Shown piece by piece: positions 1 through 18,785 of a stretch of 64,000 nucleotides of DNA. Where the stretch lies: NCBI GenBank assembly GCA_964016885.1, contig OZ024742.1, positions 324,942,001-325,006,000 on the forward strand. Direction: 5' to 3'. The notes below the pieces were generated by a model. The model was not told the origin of the DNA. It did not search any database and saw nothing but the letters and a program-made list of their open reading frames with translations. Position 1 is the stretch's first letter; the number at the start of each line of letters is the position of its first letter. Source of the DNA: Eledone cirrhosa (Eukaryota). The translations under genes were made by a program, and so were the position numbers.

Positions 1-1369
1 TATATACACACACATATACATATATATATACACGCGCGCGTTTTCTTTTTGTGTGTGTGCCTTATGCGTTTACACGTTCTTCTTACATTTTACATTATAT
101 TTCGAATACGATTGTCAGGTTTTAAAAATTGATCATGCGTTAATGATGTTTGGGGCGAAAAATCACTTTATGAATATATTGCTAGTAACAATTGTAGCTA
201 TGTTTTATTTGTGTTATTTCCCTCTCTTGTTTCATATAAATTATAATATATTTATCCTTTTATTTTTTTTTCCTGAAAAGAAAAACTTTTGATTTCTGTT
301 TTTATAATAAACGTCAAGACCTCTGAACATTTCAACATTTTTCAAATTGTTGTTGATTTTATAATAATCAGAGGCGATTTTATTATCAATTTCAAATGTT
401 TCACGTATTACAACTGCTAATCTAGTTTTTTCAAGCACATTCCTTCATTTGTGTTATATTTTTACAAAATATATTTGGGGCAATTTTTTTTACATCATTT
501 GGCTTAGTAATTTTTAATGGAAAAATCGTTAAATTCTCATGTTTATTGTTTTCGTTTTTCTGTTTCCATTTGCAATGTTTTAAACTGCCTTCTTTTCAAT
601 AGCATTCTGCATTTCATGACATTGACAGTAAACACCAATGAACAGCGAAATAGGAAGCATAGCCACACGATATTCCATCAATTATGACGGTTCATTTATA
701 TTGATGCAAAACGGTGAAAGTACGCAAACACACACACACACATAGACACATATAGACACACAGAGACACACACATACACACAGACACACAAGAAAACAAA
801 AATGAAATAAATTATTGATCCATCGATCACTTATTCACTTTAAAGAAACTCAATCGTATTCTGAATCCTACTTGCTAAAAATAAAATAAAAAACATACAA
901 TTTTCTTAAGCCAAGAAAATATAGAAAAAATATGCCAAAATGTATAGATTTAACAAAATAGGAACCAAAATTTGCTGTGTTGATGTGAAGCTATAATTCC
1001 ACGATTTAATTAGTAGATTTTATATTATGTCTTCATTGTGAACATCTGTTGTGTAATATTGTACACCTGAATTAATTCAGATTGATTTAGATAATTTACT
1101 CGTTCTTGTTCACTTGTGTGTTTTGATGATGGAAATGACACTCTCAAAGACTTAGTGTAATGTCGGGTTCTAGAATAGCAATGTTTATTGCTGACTACTG
1201 CTATTTCATTCTTCATTGTTGGAGATTATAACAGAGCAGTATTCGTAACATGTTGAAATATATTGAAATATCTGAAAACAAAATTATTATAATGAATGTG
1301 ATATATGGATGATGGCGGAAGTGAATTATGTACATTTTTCAAATTTCCATATCAATGACCTGTATATGC

Positions 1370-1663
<294 letters not shown>

Positions 1664-1713
1664 TATAGTTAGAGCAATAATCAAAGAATGGTTAGAGATA
1701 CATTGTTTTTTTT

Positions 1714-1760
1714 AGCTAACAGTGTTTCATCCATACCTCATGGCTGGAATCATCAGAGCC
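1714..1760 (-). ncRNA. minimal type I hammerhead ribozyme motif
   Basis: Minus strand reads GGCU CUGAUGA U-UCCA-GCC-auga-GGU-a-UGGA-U GAAAC acu GUU AGCU. Confidence 0.65.
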
Positions 1761-1980
1761 TATAAACAACCTCTTTATCATCTCTTGCACCATTTAAGTG
1801 ATAAATATTTGGTGTAATTTTTAATTTTTAATTTTTGATGTAATTTTTAAAGACATTTATCACATTATGTGCATCATGTATTCTGTCTTTTTCCATACAG
1901 CGCTGGCCTCGTGACATTTAACCTTGTTCTGGTGACGTAGCTCGATGGAGCATGCAACTATTGATATACTCTTGTTTATA

Positions 1981-2027
1981 GGCTCTGATGATTCCTGTCA
2001 TTGGGTATGGATGAAACACTGTTAGCT
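1981..2027 (+). ncRNA. minimal type I hammerhead ribozyme motif
   Basis: GGCU CUGAUGA U-UCC...GGA-U GAAAC acu GUU AGCU, with stem I GGCU/AGCU. Confidence 0.6.
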
Positions 2028-2212
2028 AATAAAACAATGTATCTCTAAGCACTCTTTGGTTATTCCTAAAACTATAACGGCTCTGTAGTATACTAGTTAT
2101 CCTACATTGAGCTAAAACCACACTGTCATACCAAGGGCAATATATTTGCGTGTCTCGGCATATTGATATATTTCTCAACAAAACTCCATATATATATATA
2201 TATATATATATA

Positions 2213-3947
2213 GTAAAAAGTGTAACCCCGACGGCAGAGCTCAAGCCGTTTCGACGGCTATTTCTGGACAAAATTAGAATGTTTAGCCTGGTAAATAAAT
2301 AGCCGAACTTTTGAAGGGGTAATTCCTTATATGGGAAGATTGTAGTTGTCAAAAGGATTGGTGAAAATTTCTTGTAAACACAATTAAATCTTTCATGGCA
2401 GTTGGTGGCTGAACTTGCCTGTAGCACAATGAGGGAGTGGGTGGAACCGGTCAAGCGTTGAAAGTGAATTCTATACAGCAAATTTTAAGGAGTGTGTATG
2501 AAAATAGGCTATTAAGGAAGCAGGTAACAAAGGATTCTGGAGGAATTAGAGGGTGGGACGTTATAGAATAGGTTAATAAATTGAGATTAAAAGGTAATAG
2601 ATAAATTTAAAAATATATAAAAATAATGAAATTAAATAGAAAATGTAATAAAAAAATCTCTAGAGTCTAAAGCAGCTGCTATATTTAGTTGGTATTGCAT
2701 TTTCGGACAGTGCTATATATAATACACTGGTGTGGAGGTACTAAGGCTACAAAAGCCCGATGCGCTGCCTTGGGGTAGGCGAAAGAGGAAAAAGGAAAAG
2801 GAAGAAGAGAGGGAGTGGAAGGAAGTGATAAGGAGGGATAAAGGGAAGAGGAAACGAAAAAGGAAAAGAAAAGAAGTACATCTACCTATGTTAGCTGGGG
2901 TTTCCCCTATCTTGTTCGGCAAGTGGAGAAAAGAAGGAGGTTGCAGCCATTGTCTACCCACCCGCGTCATGAGGGGGTTTGAGGGCGAGGTAAGTCCTAC
3001 GCAATCGGTGTTTACATGCAGTTACAAGTTCGTCTTTTTTGTTTAGGAGTTGGTCCTTCGTAAACAGCATTTGTAATCTTTCCTCCGAGCATAAGCTACA
3101 CGGACGGCGTCCTCCCGTGTAGGAGTTAGCCCTGGACAGTAAGCTCCGAGTAAGATTGTATGTTATGTTATTACCTTGGTGGTCCCAGATGTGGCCCGAG
3201 AGTGTAGTGGCATGTCGCCGGGCTGGGTTTCGGAACGTATGTGTTAGTAGAGTCGGGTCTTAAAGTCACAAGCGGTTAATCCTATATAGGCTTTGTTGGA
3301 GGTTTCCGTCCTCACGTTGCATTGGTAGATCACGTTACGTTCTCGGCATCTGTTATTGAGGAGGCACGTAGATCTATCAGGGCAGTTACACCTTCTGGTC
3401 GGCTCTCCACGAATGTCTAGGTGGTTTCTTCCATAGGGGTTGAGTTTTTTGTTGTTTGAGGAGGCCATGTTTTGTGCGAAGTTGGGAGTGGTGTTGTAGG
3501 ACATTTTGATAGTGTTTTTGTTGATTATGTTGTGGTAGCGGTGTTGTGGTAGGAAGTGTTTTTAGAGGAGCCTAAAGAAGATTTTCCCGATGGGGGTTGC
3601 CACCGCGGCATTGTGGGGATGGTTGAACCACGTTACGTGGTGTGAGCGGCGGCGTCGCCTGCTGGTTGCGCTAAGGGAAGCTGGATAAAAGGAGATTTCC
3701 TCCCGAAAGCCACTTCGCTTGAGAGCCTGGTTGTAACGAGGCGCATATTCATCGAATATCTGCTCATTAGCAGACAGACGAGATATGCGGAGGGAAATGT
3801 TTTTAACCAGGTTATTGGTGATAGTCCAGAAATAGCCGTCGATACGGCTTGAGCTCTGCCACCGGGGTTAAACTTTTATTACCTACTCTAAGTATTGAGT
3901 AATTTGGTGCCTTATGGTCCATCTAGTTCCTTACCACACCTCCTTCG

Positions 3948-3948
<1 letters not shown>
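2213..3948 (-). mobile_element. 5'-truncated Penelope-like element (RT thumb/linker plus GIY-YIG endonuclease, disrupted)
   Basis: Minus-strand translation gives CNCPDRSTCLLNNRCRERNVIYQC...AYIGLT and CSLCSEE...LLNKKDELVTACKH. Inverted terminal segments at 2216-2269 and 3824-3877. Flanked by (TA)n. Confidence 0.9.
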
Positions 3949-3985
<37 letters not shown>

Positions 3986-4000
3986 AAATGTGTATGTGTG

Positions 4001-4041
<41 letters not shown>

Positions 4042-4247
4042 GTGTGTGTTTGTGTGTGTGTGTGCGTTAGCGTGTGCATATATGTATTCTGTACGTATAT
4101 ATGTATTTCTAGTGTTAGGATTTAACATTTCTCAACAATAAGGTGCCGGTTACTAATCTAAAAATAATCTTCTTTCATTGGAAATAAGACATGAATTACG
4201 TAGCTATGTATGTATGTATGTATGTGCGTATGTATGTATGCACGTAT

Positions 4248-8967
<4,720 letters not shown>

Positions 8968-9328
8968 ATGTATGTATGTATGTATGTATGTATGTATGTA
9001 TGTATGTATGTATGTATGTATGTATGTATGTATGTATGTATGTATGTATGTATATATACATGGATATAAAGTAGCGGCCGTACTCGAAAACGAGTTGGCA
9101 GCCATCATATATATGTATGTATATATGTATGTATGTGTATATATGTATATATATATACATGTATATGTGTATATATATATATATGTATATATATGTATAT
9201 ATGTATGTATATATGTATGTATATATGTATGTATATGTGTATGTATATATATATATGTATGTGTATATGTATGTATATATATATATATATATATGTATGT
9301 ATATGCATATGTATATATATATATTATG

Positions 9329-9934
9329 TCAGGTCACCAGTTGGTGTTACTGGTAACATGTATCCCAGTACAACCTATCTCATGGTCGGGTCGTTGGCGA
9401 CTAAACTGGCAACCCCACCAAGGTTTCTTGGTGAGGAGGGTGACTTTGGACATCATGCAGGACTAAAAACAAAACCTGTCAAAGGGAAAAGGAGCTCTTA
9501 AGAGTCAATGGCCATCCAAAATCACCGGGAGAGATGACCCCTTAGCCTTTGTCAAGGCAGAATTCTAGGAGAAGGAAAACTCTGATATAACACCTGCAAC
9601 TCTGATAGTAGCCAATGATGTTGACTTGTTCTTCTTTTTGGTAAATATCATCTTGGTTAATAGAGTGGGACTGGCTTTGTGCAGTGCTTTTCTCACTATA
9701 AAAGCTTCACGGCACAGGAATTGCTTTATATCTGGAGATCTCTCTGCACTCGTCATCACATGGTACCATGGGCCCAGCACTATGTGTCAATAATTGTCAC
9801 AAGTGTATTGTTTGTACCAGAGTTTTCAAGTCACTGGCTGGACTAAAAAGTCACACTCGTTCAGCGCATCGGTAGGCGTTCTCCTACATGGATATAAAGT
9901 AGTTGCCGTACTCGAAAACGAGTTGGCAGCCACC
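9329..9934 (+). mobile_element. non-autonomous bipartite RTE derivative, copy 2 (longer 5' end)
   Basis: Direct repeat of 8406-8967 with about 50 extra 5' nt and a (TATG)n tail. A 50-bp 3' stub lies at 9058-9107. Confidence 0.7.
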
Positions 9935-9983
9935 ATGTATGTATGGCTGACTATGTATGTATGTATGTATGTATGTATGTATG

Positions 9984-10016
<33 letters not shown>

Positions 10017-10029
10017 GTGTATGTATGAA

Positions 10030-10830
10030 TGAATATCTCTTTCTATTATTTCTATTATCTTTGACTAGCGCCCTTCGTGGTAGCAATTTCTGTTGGATCA
10101 TTGCAATAGTTCTCCTTTCAAATCAAAGAAATGCTTAACAGATGTTGAAGGTTCCACCTATCGTAGTCATTTGTACTTTATGAATTAATAAGCTACCTCC
10201 ATTCTCTACAAAAGCAAGTTCAGTCGTACCTTGGTCCGGGTAGTTTTGTTTATATCCTATAGCTTCAATTACAATAAATCTAACACTGAATGATTGTCCT
10301 GAGTGTTGGGCCTTCAAACTTCACACCAATGGTCTGTCAATATCCTCCTTTGTTTGTATTTTCCTTACTACATTGATATCATTTGGCTGGTTGATTTCTA
10401 TAAAACATAATGTTTTTAATTTGTAGTCGCAGCCACCAGCACCAGGCCTGCTGTATTTTAAATTGGAGGTGATTTATACTTTTAGGTTCCCCCAATATTC
10501 CTCTGAGCCCACCGTCTCAATATATTCATCTCTATTTGTTGTTATGTTCGACTTCCATACTGCATTTTAGATTGCTCTAGATACCATGTCATATTTGATG
10601 GGAAAGGTATTAACAAGAAAACATTCTTTCGCTGATGTGAAAGATGTGCCTAATGTCTATGGTCATTTTTTGCACAGCTTACACTTATTGTCAGCATTCT
10701 ACTATTGTTATGAACCTCTGATGTTTCGTGTGGTTTATACCCTGTATGGTCTGTGTTTGCTTCGTGAAGCACTCCTGTGCAAACATTCATCGAAACTTTC
10801 TCTCCTTTGAACAGCTGCGCTTTTCTCTAT
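10030..10830 (-). mobile_element. degenerate 3' fragment of an R4/Dong-type element (RLE domain)
   Basis: Minus-strand EEYWGNLKV...SRP...LCFIEINQPNDINV...FIVIEAIGY...KVQMTTIGGTFNIC parallels the 4390-4986 ORF. Confidence 0.75.
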
Positions 10831-11008
10831 AAATAATATTAAAAGCTCTCATGGTACGTGTACACAAATAATGGAATTTTATAATGATGGAATTTGAGTG
10901 TCCAATGTTTAAATGCGTATCTACCCAGTAATCAACGTCGATCCTCTGATTATGAGGCGCAGTACGCCTTCTATACGTGTTTTTCTACATACCAGGCAAT
11001 ATATATGC

Positions 11009-11087
<79 letters not shown>

Positions 11088-11092
<5 letters not shown>

Positions 11093-11802
11093 AGTGGCGT
11101 GCTGCGTGGTTGCACATGGGTTACATATGAATAAAATTAGTCCTTCATCAGTGATCTTCCAACCTTCATTGGTATTTCTTCGCTTTAAAGATCATGTACC
11201 TCTGGTTGGTGCGAGCAATAACTAAAGCAAGTTATTGGGACACGTAAAATAGGGTGAAGCGAGCGAGACATGTAAACAAACATAGATGGTAATGCAACGG
11301 AAAGAGAGGAAGAGAAGAGACAAGTCCGTGATATCTATGAACTGAAGCTCGGTGAAATCATAGACGAGAGGTAAAGACCATCCGATCTGGGCGAGATGTG
11401 ACCGAGAAAAGGATTTCACACAGGTCAAATGGGAGGAAGTGAGAGAGGGGAAGAAGCAGAGAGTGAGTGAGTGAAAGGGTGAGGAAGAGGTCAGCTGAGA
11501 GAGAGTGAATGGCTATAGCTCTGGTTGGTGCGAGCAATAACTGAAAAAAAAGTTATTGGGACACGTAAATTAGGGTGAAGCGAGCGAGACATGTAAACAA
11601 ACGGAGATCTCTTCTCTTCCTCTCTTTCCGTTGCATTACCATCTATGTTTGTTTACATGTCTAGCTCGCATCACACTATTTTACGTGTCCCAATAACTTT
11701 CTTTAGTTATTGCTCGCACCAACCAGAGGTATATGATCTTTAAAGCGAAGAAATACCAATGAAGGTTGGAAGATCACTGATGAAGGACTAGTTTTATTCA
11801 TT
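11088..11802. mobile_element. non-coding fold-back element between (TA)n tracts (PLE pseudo-LTR-like)
   Basis: Inverted arms of about 190 bp at 11127-11320 and 11610-11801, plus a partial direct copy at 11518-11602. CTGATGA lies near the arm ends but there is no complete ribozyme. Confidence 0.7.
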
Positions 11803-11803
11803 A

Positions 11804-11838
<35 letters not shown>

Positions 11839-12349
11839 GGAGATATGTCTTGCCTTTGTATATGTGTGTAAACACACATGTGTAGTCGAAAGGTAATGAA
11901 ATATGTATCCATAAATTTACGTATATATTTGTTGGTTCAAATGATACAATGTCAACATCGTTTCTTGTTATTTCGAAATTTTAATTTAGCCTATGAATAA
12001 TATAACCCTAGAAATACTTCTAGCAGTTAGAGCCGCAGCAGCATCAGAAGCAACAGCAAAAGGAATAATAGAATTAGCAGCTGCAAGAACACAATCTCGA
12101 TCAGAATAACTAGTGTCGTTATATATTACTTGGCTGTCTATAAAATACTTAGGGAAGTTATTTCTTTTTCCCCTAGTTTTTAGCATGACACATTACATCA
12201 TGAATTACTAAAATTGATGAAATACAATGTCAAATGTGCCTCAATCATGTTATTATGAGAATTGCATGCAAAACGTCACCAAATTCTCACGTTTATACCA
12301 GTGAATATTTGCACGTACCTCATATATATTTAGCGTTACACACACACAT

Positions 12350-12401
<52 letters not shown>

Positions 12402-12789
12402 CAGAACAAAGGAGAGGCACAAAACAAAGAAAAGAATCCCCAGTCACTGAAGAGGTCACAGAATGTGTGACGAACGAACTTTGACAATATATGAACAACC
12501 GTCCGGTTGTGGAACCAACCAACCAACCAAGCAACCAGAAATTTATAAATTTATAAATTTTTTTGAAAAAAAAAAAAAATGTTTTTTTAATTTATAATAA
12601 ATTGGAGTGAAACATCTGGTGCGTGTGTTTCTTATTGGCAACATGACCCTCCCAAAGTATAACAATATCGGTTTCAACACACGTTTTCAGATAAAGAATC
12701 TTGCTAAACAAATTCAGAAACGGGATATATGTATATATATATATATATATACAGTGTCGATAAAATAAAGTACCAGTAATATCTAAATC

Positions 12790-13078
12790 AGAAAACATTA
12801 TTTTATAAATTTTCACCAATAGAGAGTTAGTTTCTAACATAGAAACCGGATTCTTTCATAAGAATTTAGACAACATCTACGAGGTAAATACATGCCTATA
12901 TGTGTTTGTGTGTGTGCAGGTATGGGTGCTATTGCATGTATAGATTTGTATATGTTGAGTTATGTGTACACGTGCATATGTTTCTGTATCTATACATATG
13001 TATATGTAATTACGACACGCTGAATTTCTGAAATGTTTTACATATTTTTACAGTTCCATTAATGGACTGTACTTGCAT
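12790..13078 (-). mobile_element. short 3' fragment of the R4/Dong family seen at 4248-8318
   Basis: VQSINGTVKICK-encoding segment and a 3' UTR homologous to 4255-4540. Confidence 0.75.
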
Positions 13079-13169
13079 GTTTGCATGTACATATGCCTGT
13101 ATATCGTGTAAAGCCTTTCGTCACTTAAAAAAACTTCAAGCACAGGCATCACCCGATATGTGACATTTT

Positions 13170-13301
13170 TTGCAATGCTTAGTATTGTTGGCCATAGGCA
13201 AGTCCCTAGCAGGACTAAAATGCCACGTCTATGATTCTCTTGTTTAAGTATCGAGCGATGGCATTACTTGAAATCGAGTTGCAGCCATCATGTATGTATG
13301 T
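13170..13301 (+). mobile_element. diverged RTE 3' end with (TATG)n tail
   Basis: KSLAGLKCH remnant and TACTTGAAATCGAGTTGCAGCCATC resemble 8860-8967. Confidence 0.55.
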
Positions 13302-13578
13302 AGAAATAGGAATACTTGAAGATGTTTAAAGAATACACAAATTGAAATATATTGTTAAAAAAATATTTTTAGACCTAGTCCGCCACTGTATATTCTAACT
13401 GACATGCAAAAACATATATATAGGAATGAGGTAAGCCCAAATCATAGTAGATTCAAATATCACAAAGAGAAAGAGATAGAGAGAGAAAGATGGGGGAGAA
13501 ATGAGGTGCAACAGAAATGTAGTCTAGCTAGATAAGAAACAACAGGAGGATGTAGTTTGTGGAACACACAAATGATTT

Positions 13579-14034
13579 AGAAGTCGACCGTAAGTAGGAG
13601 CAATAAGATTAAGAAATACATGAACGACATCACATCATTTTGTTTTGAAAGGTTTGAACGTAGGTTTTTTAGTATGAATTTTGATAAAATGTTCGTAGTT
13701 GTCTCTGTGGCCTAGCGTAAGGTACTAGATACTGTGGGGATCCTGCTCTTGGGTTCAATCCTGGTTAAGAGCTACATGTAACATTTTTCAGTTTTTACTT
13801 TACAAACATTAGAAAAAAATGAAAATGTTTAACGGTGACCCTACTCCCGACCAGGATCGAACTTCAAACCAAGATAACTACCGTCTATGATTTCTCCAGC
13901 CAGGCCACCGAGACAGCTACACAAGTATAATAAAAATTGATAAATATAAACTTACCTTCAAAATCAAAGTTGAAAAGATGTGCTGTCGTTCACGGCTTTC
14001 CAGGAGCCATACTAATATTTAGGGTCGACTTCTG
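13579..14034. repeat. imperfect inverted repeat containing two convergent tRNA-like units
   Basis: Both arms share AGAAGTCGACC, TGAACGACAnCACATC and GTAGnTGTCTCnGTGGCCT. Pol III A/B-box-like motifs lie at 13701-13772 (+) and 13843-13914 (-). Confidence 0.65.
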
Positions 14035-14271
14035 GTCATTATAGAAAGTCCCTGCATTTGGCCAAATATATATTTTTTATTGGAGAAGGTTAGATATTTT
14101 TCCGCAAAGTTTTGATAGCACTGTTTTGTTTTCACTTATGTATTTTTCGAAAAAGTTATTTATTCATTATAACAATTAAATGATAGCATTCTATATGTAG
14201 GTGGGCCTCCTTCATTTGGCAACCAATATTTTTAGACCCAGTCCACCACTGCACACACACACACACCCACT

Positions 14272-14374
<103 letters not shown>

Positions 14375-15049
14375 GTGTGCAGCGTCTTTGATGCTATTTT
14401 GTCAAATGGTCACAAACCTCGATGGACATCGTATATTGAAAGTGATTCTGACCTGACGAATTTCGTTCTCTTAGTGCCAGTAGAGTTGCTTCGTTTTTTT
14501 TATTACGATACACCCATTTAAAATAGATAACAACACATCATATTTGTGATACGTTGATTAAAACAGTTTAAGGACAAGAACTTATAATGTATAATCATGC
14601 TCTGCAAATAACAGTCTAAACCCTCCAGAAATTTCATTATTTAAAAATCACTATTTAAACTCTCAGCACTACCGACATTAAACATCGTGTTGCTAACACC
14701 TTGCAATAAAGGTGTTATAAACATGTTGCAAACATTGTCAAATTGACGCTTCGAAAATAACAATAAAATATGAAAATGTTTGTAAATAAATAATATATTT
14801 ATTATTTTTTAAAATGTGAAATGAGTATGTGAGGCAAATAAATATAAATGTTACAAATTATGGAAACAGTGTTAAAACCAAAAATGAAGCCAGCAAATCG
14901 GTGTCTCATACCTGGGTTCTAATGTAATCAAGAACTTGCCGTGTACCTCTAGATATGGGGGAATAATAACCATTAGACATAGGTAAATTGAAAATACAAA
15001 ATTCAAAAATCTTACAGTAGATATTTATCATGAAGCGATATCACATAAT

Positions 15050-15237
15050 TGTTTCTACTTTAGACACAAGGCCAGCAATAACCCAGTGCATTACTGGTAC
15101 TTTATTTTATCGACCCCGTAAGGATGAAAGGCAAAGTCAACCTCGGCGGGATTTGAACTCAGAGCGTAAAGGGACGTAACTATGCTGGAAAGCATGGCGT
15201 CAGACCCTCTACCGATACTGCCAATCCACCGCCCTAT
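15050..15237 (-). mobile_element. tRNA-derived SINE with Meta-domain-like core
   Basis: B box GAGTTCAAATCC, core GCCTTTCATCCTTACGGGGTCGATAAAATAAAGTACC, and a 17-bp direct repeat AAGCGATATCACATAAT at 15033-15049 and 15238-15254. Confidence 0.9.
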
Positions 15238-16851
15238 AAGCGATATCACATAATGTAAGAAATTACATGAATTTTCTTGCCCATGAGGACTGTGATACAT
15301 GAAGAGATATAGATGAAGTAGACAAGGTGAGGTGGGGAGGATTTTCACCAATTATAATGCTAAACTGCAATACAGCTGATAGGTTGCTACAGTATATATT
15401 TTTCTCATCAAAATGAACATGCAAATAACAGTACGTGGGATATGTGAATTAGTGGTATTAAAATTAGATAAATTTTGTAACGATATGTATTTGGCGATTC
15501 TGTTTCCTATGTTTCCAATATTTTTACAAAGATTACAACATAGACATAACTGGTAATGATATGGAACCTCTACGACTCTTTCCAAATTCCTGGTTGTAAT
15601 CGTTATGCTTCTCTACCACAAGGATATGGTCCGAACGTGGAAGAGCCGAACTCCTACTGTCATCTCCTCCGTCTCTCACGCCCTCCCCATGTCTCTGTAG
15701 GATCTTTCAATAATCAACAAACATATACTGTATTACACTGAGTGGCTTACTGGTACAGCCTAATTGGTAAATAACAAAGAAATATCTGTTAGGAGAACTG
15801 ATGGAATATATGAAATCATGGAAAGTGAAAAGAGGATCACAGGAATAGGATATGTTTCTGTTTAAAAGTTGGAGAGACGAAACATAAACCTTCGAATGAT
15901 TGCTTGAAATAGCAGTAGCCGTTTCCGACTAAACAAATTTCAATGAAGCATTGTGAACTAGTTGCTGACATAGGGTACAATATACCTCACCAGGAGGAGA
16001 CAAAAACAGTCTCTATAGTTCCGTATTGAGGAAAACCTAAGTCAAGTGATGCACTACATATATCTTTTAAGAAAATAGATTTCTTGTACAACAAACGAAA
16101 CATATAAACAATGTGATGTAAGACAAGTAAATTACTTTCCAATTGAATAGGGGTTTTTCAAAGTGGAATAATAATATGAAATGAAAGTGAGCTATTGAAT
16201 TAATCCGTTCAAAAGTTCATTCCTCATGATTACTATTTTAACAGAAATTTCATATCTCAAGCCGATATGTGTTGAATGTATTCTACCTCAAATTACAATT
16301 TTCGTTGGTGCAAGAACGACTACAGCAACGACAAACAAGATATGACGACATTAACATTGCTAAATCTGTCATAATATAGATGTGAGCTAGTTATTAAGAA
16401 CAGTATTTGAGAATATAATAAAAACGTATAAAAACAATAACAATTCTGAGGGTTATTCAAATTGAAATTGGTCTTTTACAAAGATGTATAAAGCATTGAG
16501 ATCAGATATAAACAATGGTAATGAAGATATTGATCAGATAATGAGAAAGGAAAATGTCGTTGACATTGCCATGAGTAGCCAGGATAATTCGGATATAGCC
16601 GGAGAATATAAACACATATATATATGTCATGATCTGAATCGGATTTAGCATGCTAATTCAATATTAAAAAATCATGTATTTAATCTCATCAGATTGATGG
16701 GGCTAGAAAATAGCCATATTGTGCGAAAGCGTTTCAATACATTCTCTCGCCGAGAAGTTGATATTGATAATTTAGTGTAACCATTACAGCTACAATTAAA
16801 AACCAAAGTATATCAGTAAACCGTTTCAGCACGTGAAATAATTATAGTTAT

Positions 16852-17032
16852 AATTGTTTCCATTTTTGGCACAAGGCCAGCAATTACCCAGTGCATTACT
16901 AGTACTTTATTTTATCGACCCCGTAAGGATCAAAGGCAAAGTTAACCTTAGCGGGATTTGAACTCAGAATGGGAAGGGCCGTAACTCTATGCCTCAAAGC
17001 ATGGTGTCCGAACCTCTACCAATACTGCCAAT
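16852..17032 (-). mobile_element. SINE, same family as 15050-15237
   Basis: Colinear similarity over about 180 bp. Confidence 0.88.
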
Positions 17033-18227
17033 AAGCACAAAGTAGTGCGATGAGATTACAAAATTTTGACTAACCAGATACGAATGGATTTTACATATTT
17101 ACTGCATGTGACTAAGATAAGAAAATTGAAAATTAAAAAGAAAATATATCATTAAACATTACCTCAACTTAAAACAGGAATCGAAACTATTACTTCAGAG
17201 TCATTGTTTGTCAACATCTAAGTAAGGGAAATCCATAAAGCATACCAGGTATATGCGTAGATTAAGGATCAATGTTTTTAAATAAAGTTAAGCACATTTA
17301 ACCATTCTGGTTAGAATATATAATAGAATTCTCTGAGGAGATTTTTCTCATCTGACAAGTAAGTGTTAACGATGTCAGTATTATTGAAAACGTGCAGATG
17401 CTAATACAATTTATAATGAAATATTACAAGAAAATTACTATTCAATAAACATCTATGTGCAATGTTCAGCGTTGAAAAAAATCAGGGAGTTTGAGAGGAA
17501 GGAAAAAGAAAGAGTGAAAAGATAATCAGGAGAAAATGACATGCTTCCTTTTTATAAAATATTTAATGGAAGTCCTGTAGAAAATAATTGGTAAGATATA
17601 TCGTGAAATATTACAACGGAGTCTCATCATATATTATGTAATCTAAATACAGAAGTCACATTAACAGATTCCATATAAAAAGATTATATCGTCAGCTGAA
17701 CTGCTAATTATATCACAGGAATCCCGTTTTAAGAACCGCTGAAAGAGTGAAGAGATTGGATGGAATTATAGTGGATAAAAGTGACATAAGACATTCAGTA
17801 GGTTGATCACAAATAGAAAATTATTTTATCATTTGAATAAAATGTATATTCTAAATGCTATGACAATACATTCATGCTCTTAACGGTATCTGGAGAAAGT
17901 ATAGGATTATGGAGAGAAAGTTCTAAAGCGTGTCAATATTTATGTGTTATTTTTCTATGTAGAGAGAGATTTATATGTACATAAAAAATTAGAGTATTTT
18001 TTCTATAAAATCGTTGCTGACACTTAACGTTCGTGATATTGCAATCATTGATTTTAGTTAAAATGTGTATTCGTGGTAATTGAGACGATGGCCTCTAAAT
18101 AAACATAGCAACGAACATTCCGTTTTTTAAAACTTTTTTCTTATTAATGTTGTATCTTCACATGAATTTTACTGAATATTGAACATTTAATATTGACAAC
18201 ACTAATCAAAAATCGTTAGAAAATACT

Positions 18228-18454
<227 letters not shown>

Positions 18455-18470
18455 ATGTATATATATATAT

Positions 18471-18659
18471 GTAGATCCCGGGTTAAATCGGGGATAACCA
18501 CAGTAAGTAAGGTACTCAATACATAGCAGTGTAAAAGTAACTTAATATAGAAATGGGTTCTACAGGACTGGAACTGTTTCATTCGGAGGAAATCATCAGA
18601 AAGCCTTTCTGATGATTTCCTCCAAATGAAACAGTTCTAGTACTGTAGAAGCCATTTCT
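18471..18659. mobile_element. short PLE terminal remnant with hairpin and incomplete hammerhead cores
   Basis: Hairpin with arms of about 54 bp (18549-18602 and 18606-18659) and CTGATGA...GAAAC on both strands. Related pieces lie at 42719-42822 and 51155-51212. Confidence 0.6.
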
Positions 18660-18672
18660 CTCTCTCTCTCTC

Positions 18673-18785
<113 letters not shown>

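Larger units (their letters stand above)
1664..2188. mobile_element. non-coding fold-back element (PLE pseudo-LTR derivative) between (TA)n tracts
   Basis: Imperfect inverted arms of about 105 bp at 1664-1769 and 1972-2076, each containing a hammerhead motif. Confidence 0.75.

Noticed and set aside
2216-2400. Expected hammerhead in the terminus of the 2213-3948 PLE
   Set aside because: GAAAC and a stem are present on the minus strand, but I found no CUGANGA box.
11770-11801. CTGATGA in the arms of the 11.1-11.8 kb fold-back element
   Set aside because: No downstream GAAA, stem III or UH, so it is not a complete hammerhead.
12443-12485. GTCA CTGAAGA-GGTCACA...TGTGAC-GAAC...TGAC hammerhead-like motif
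   Set aside because: GAAA is GAAC and stem III cannot form. It is at best a dead relic and is not counted.
13701-13772. Functional tRNA-His gene
   Set aside because: The acceptor and anticodon stems pair poorly. It is treated as tRNA-like only.
18603-18645. Hammerhead cores in the 18.6 kb hairpin
   Set aside because: The 5' strand of stem I is removed by the fold-back point, so the motif is incomplete.
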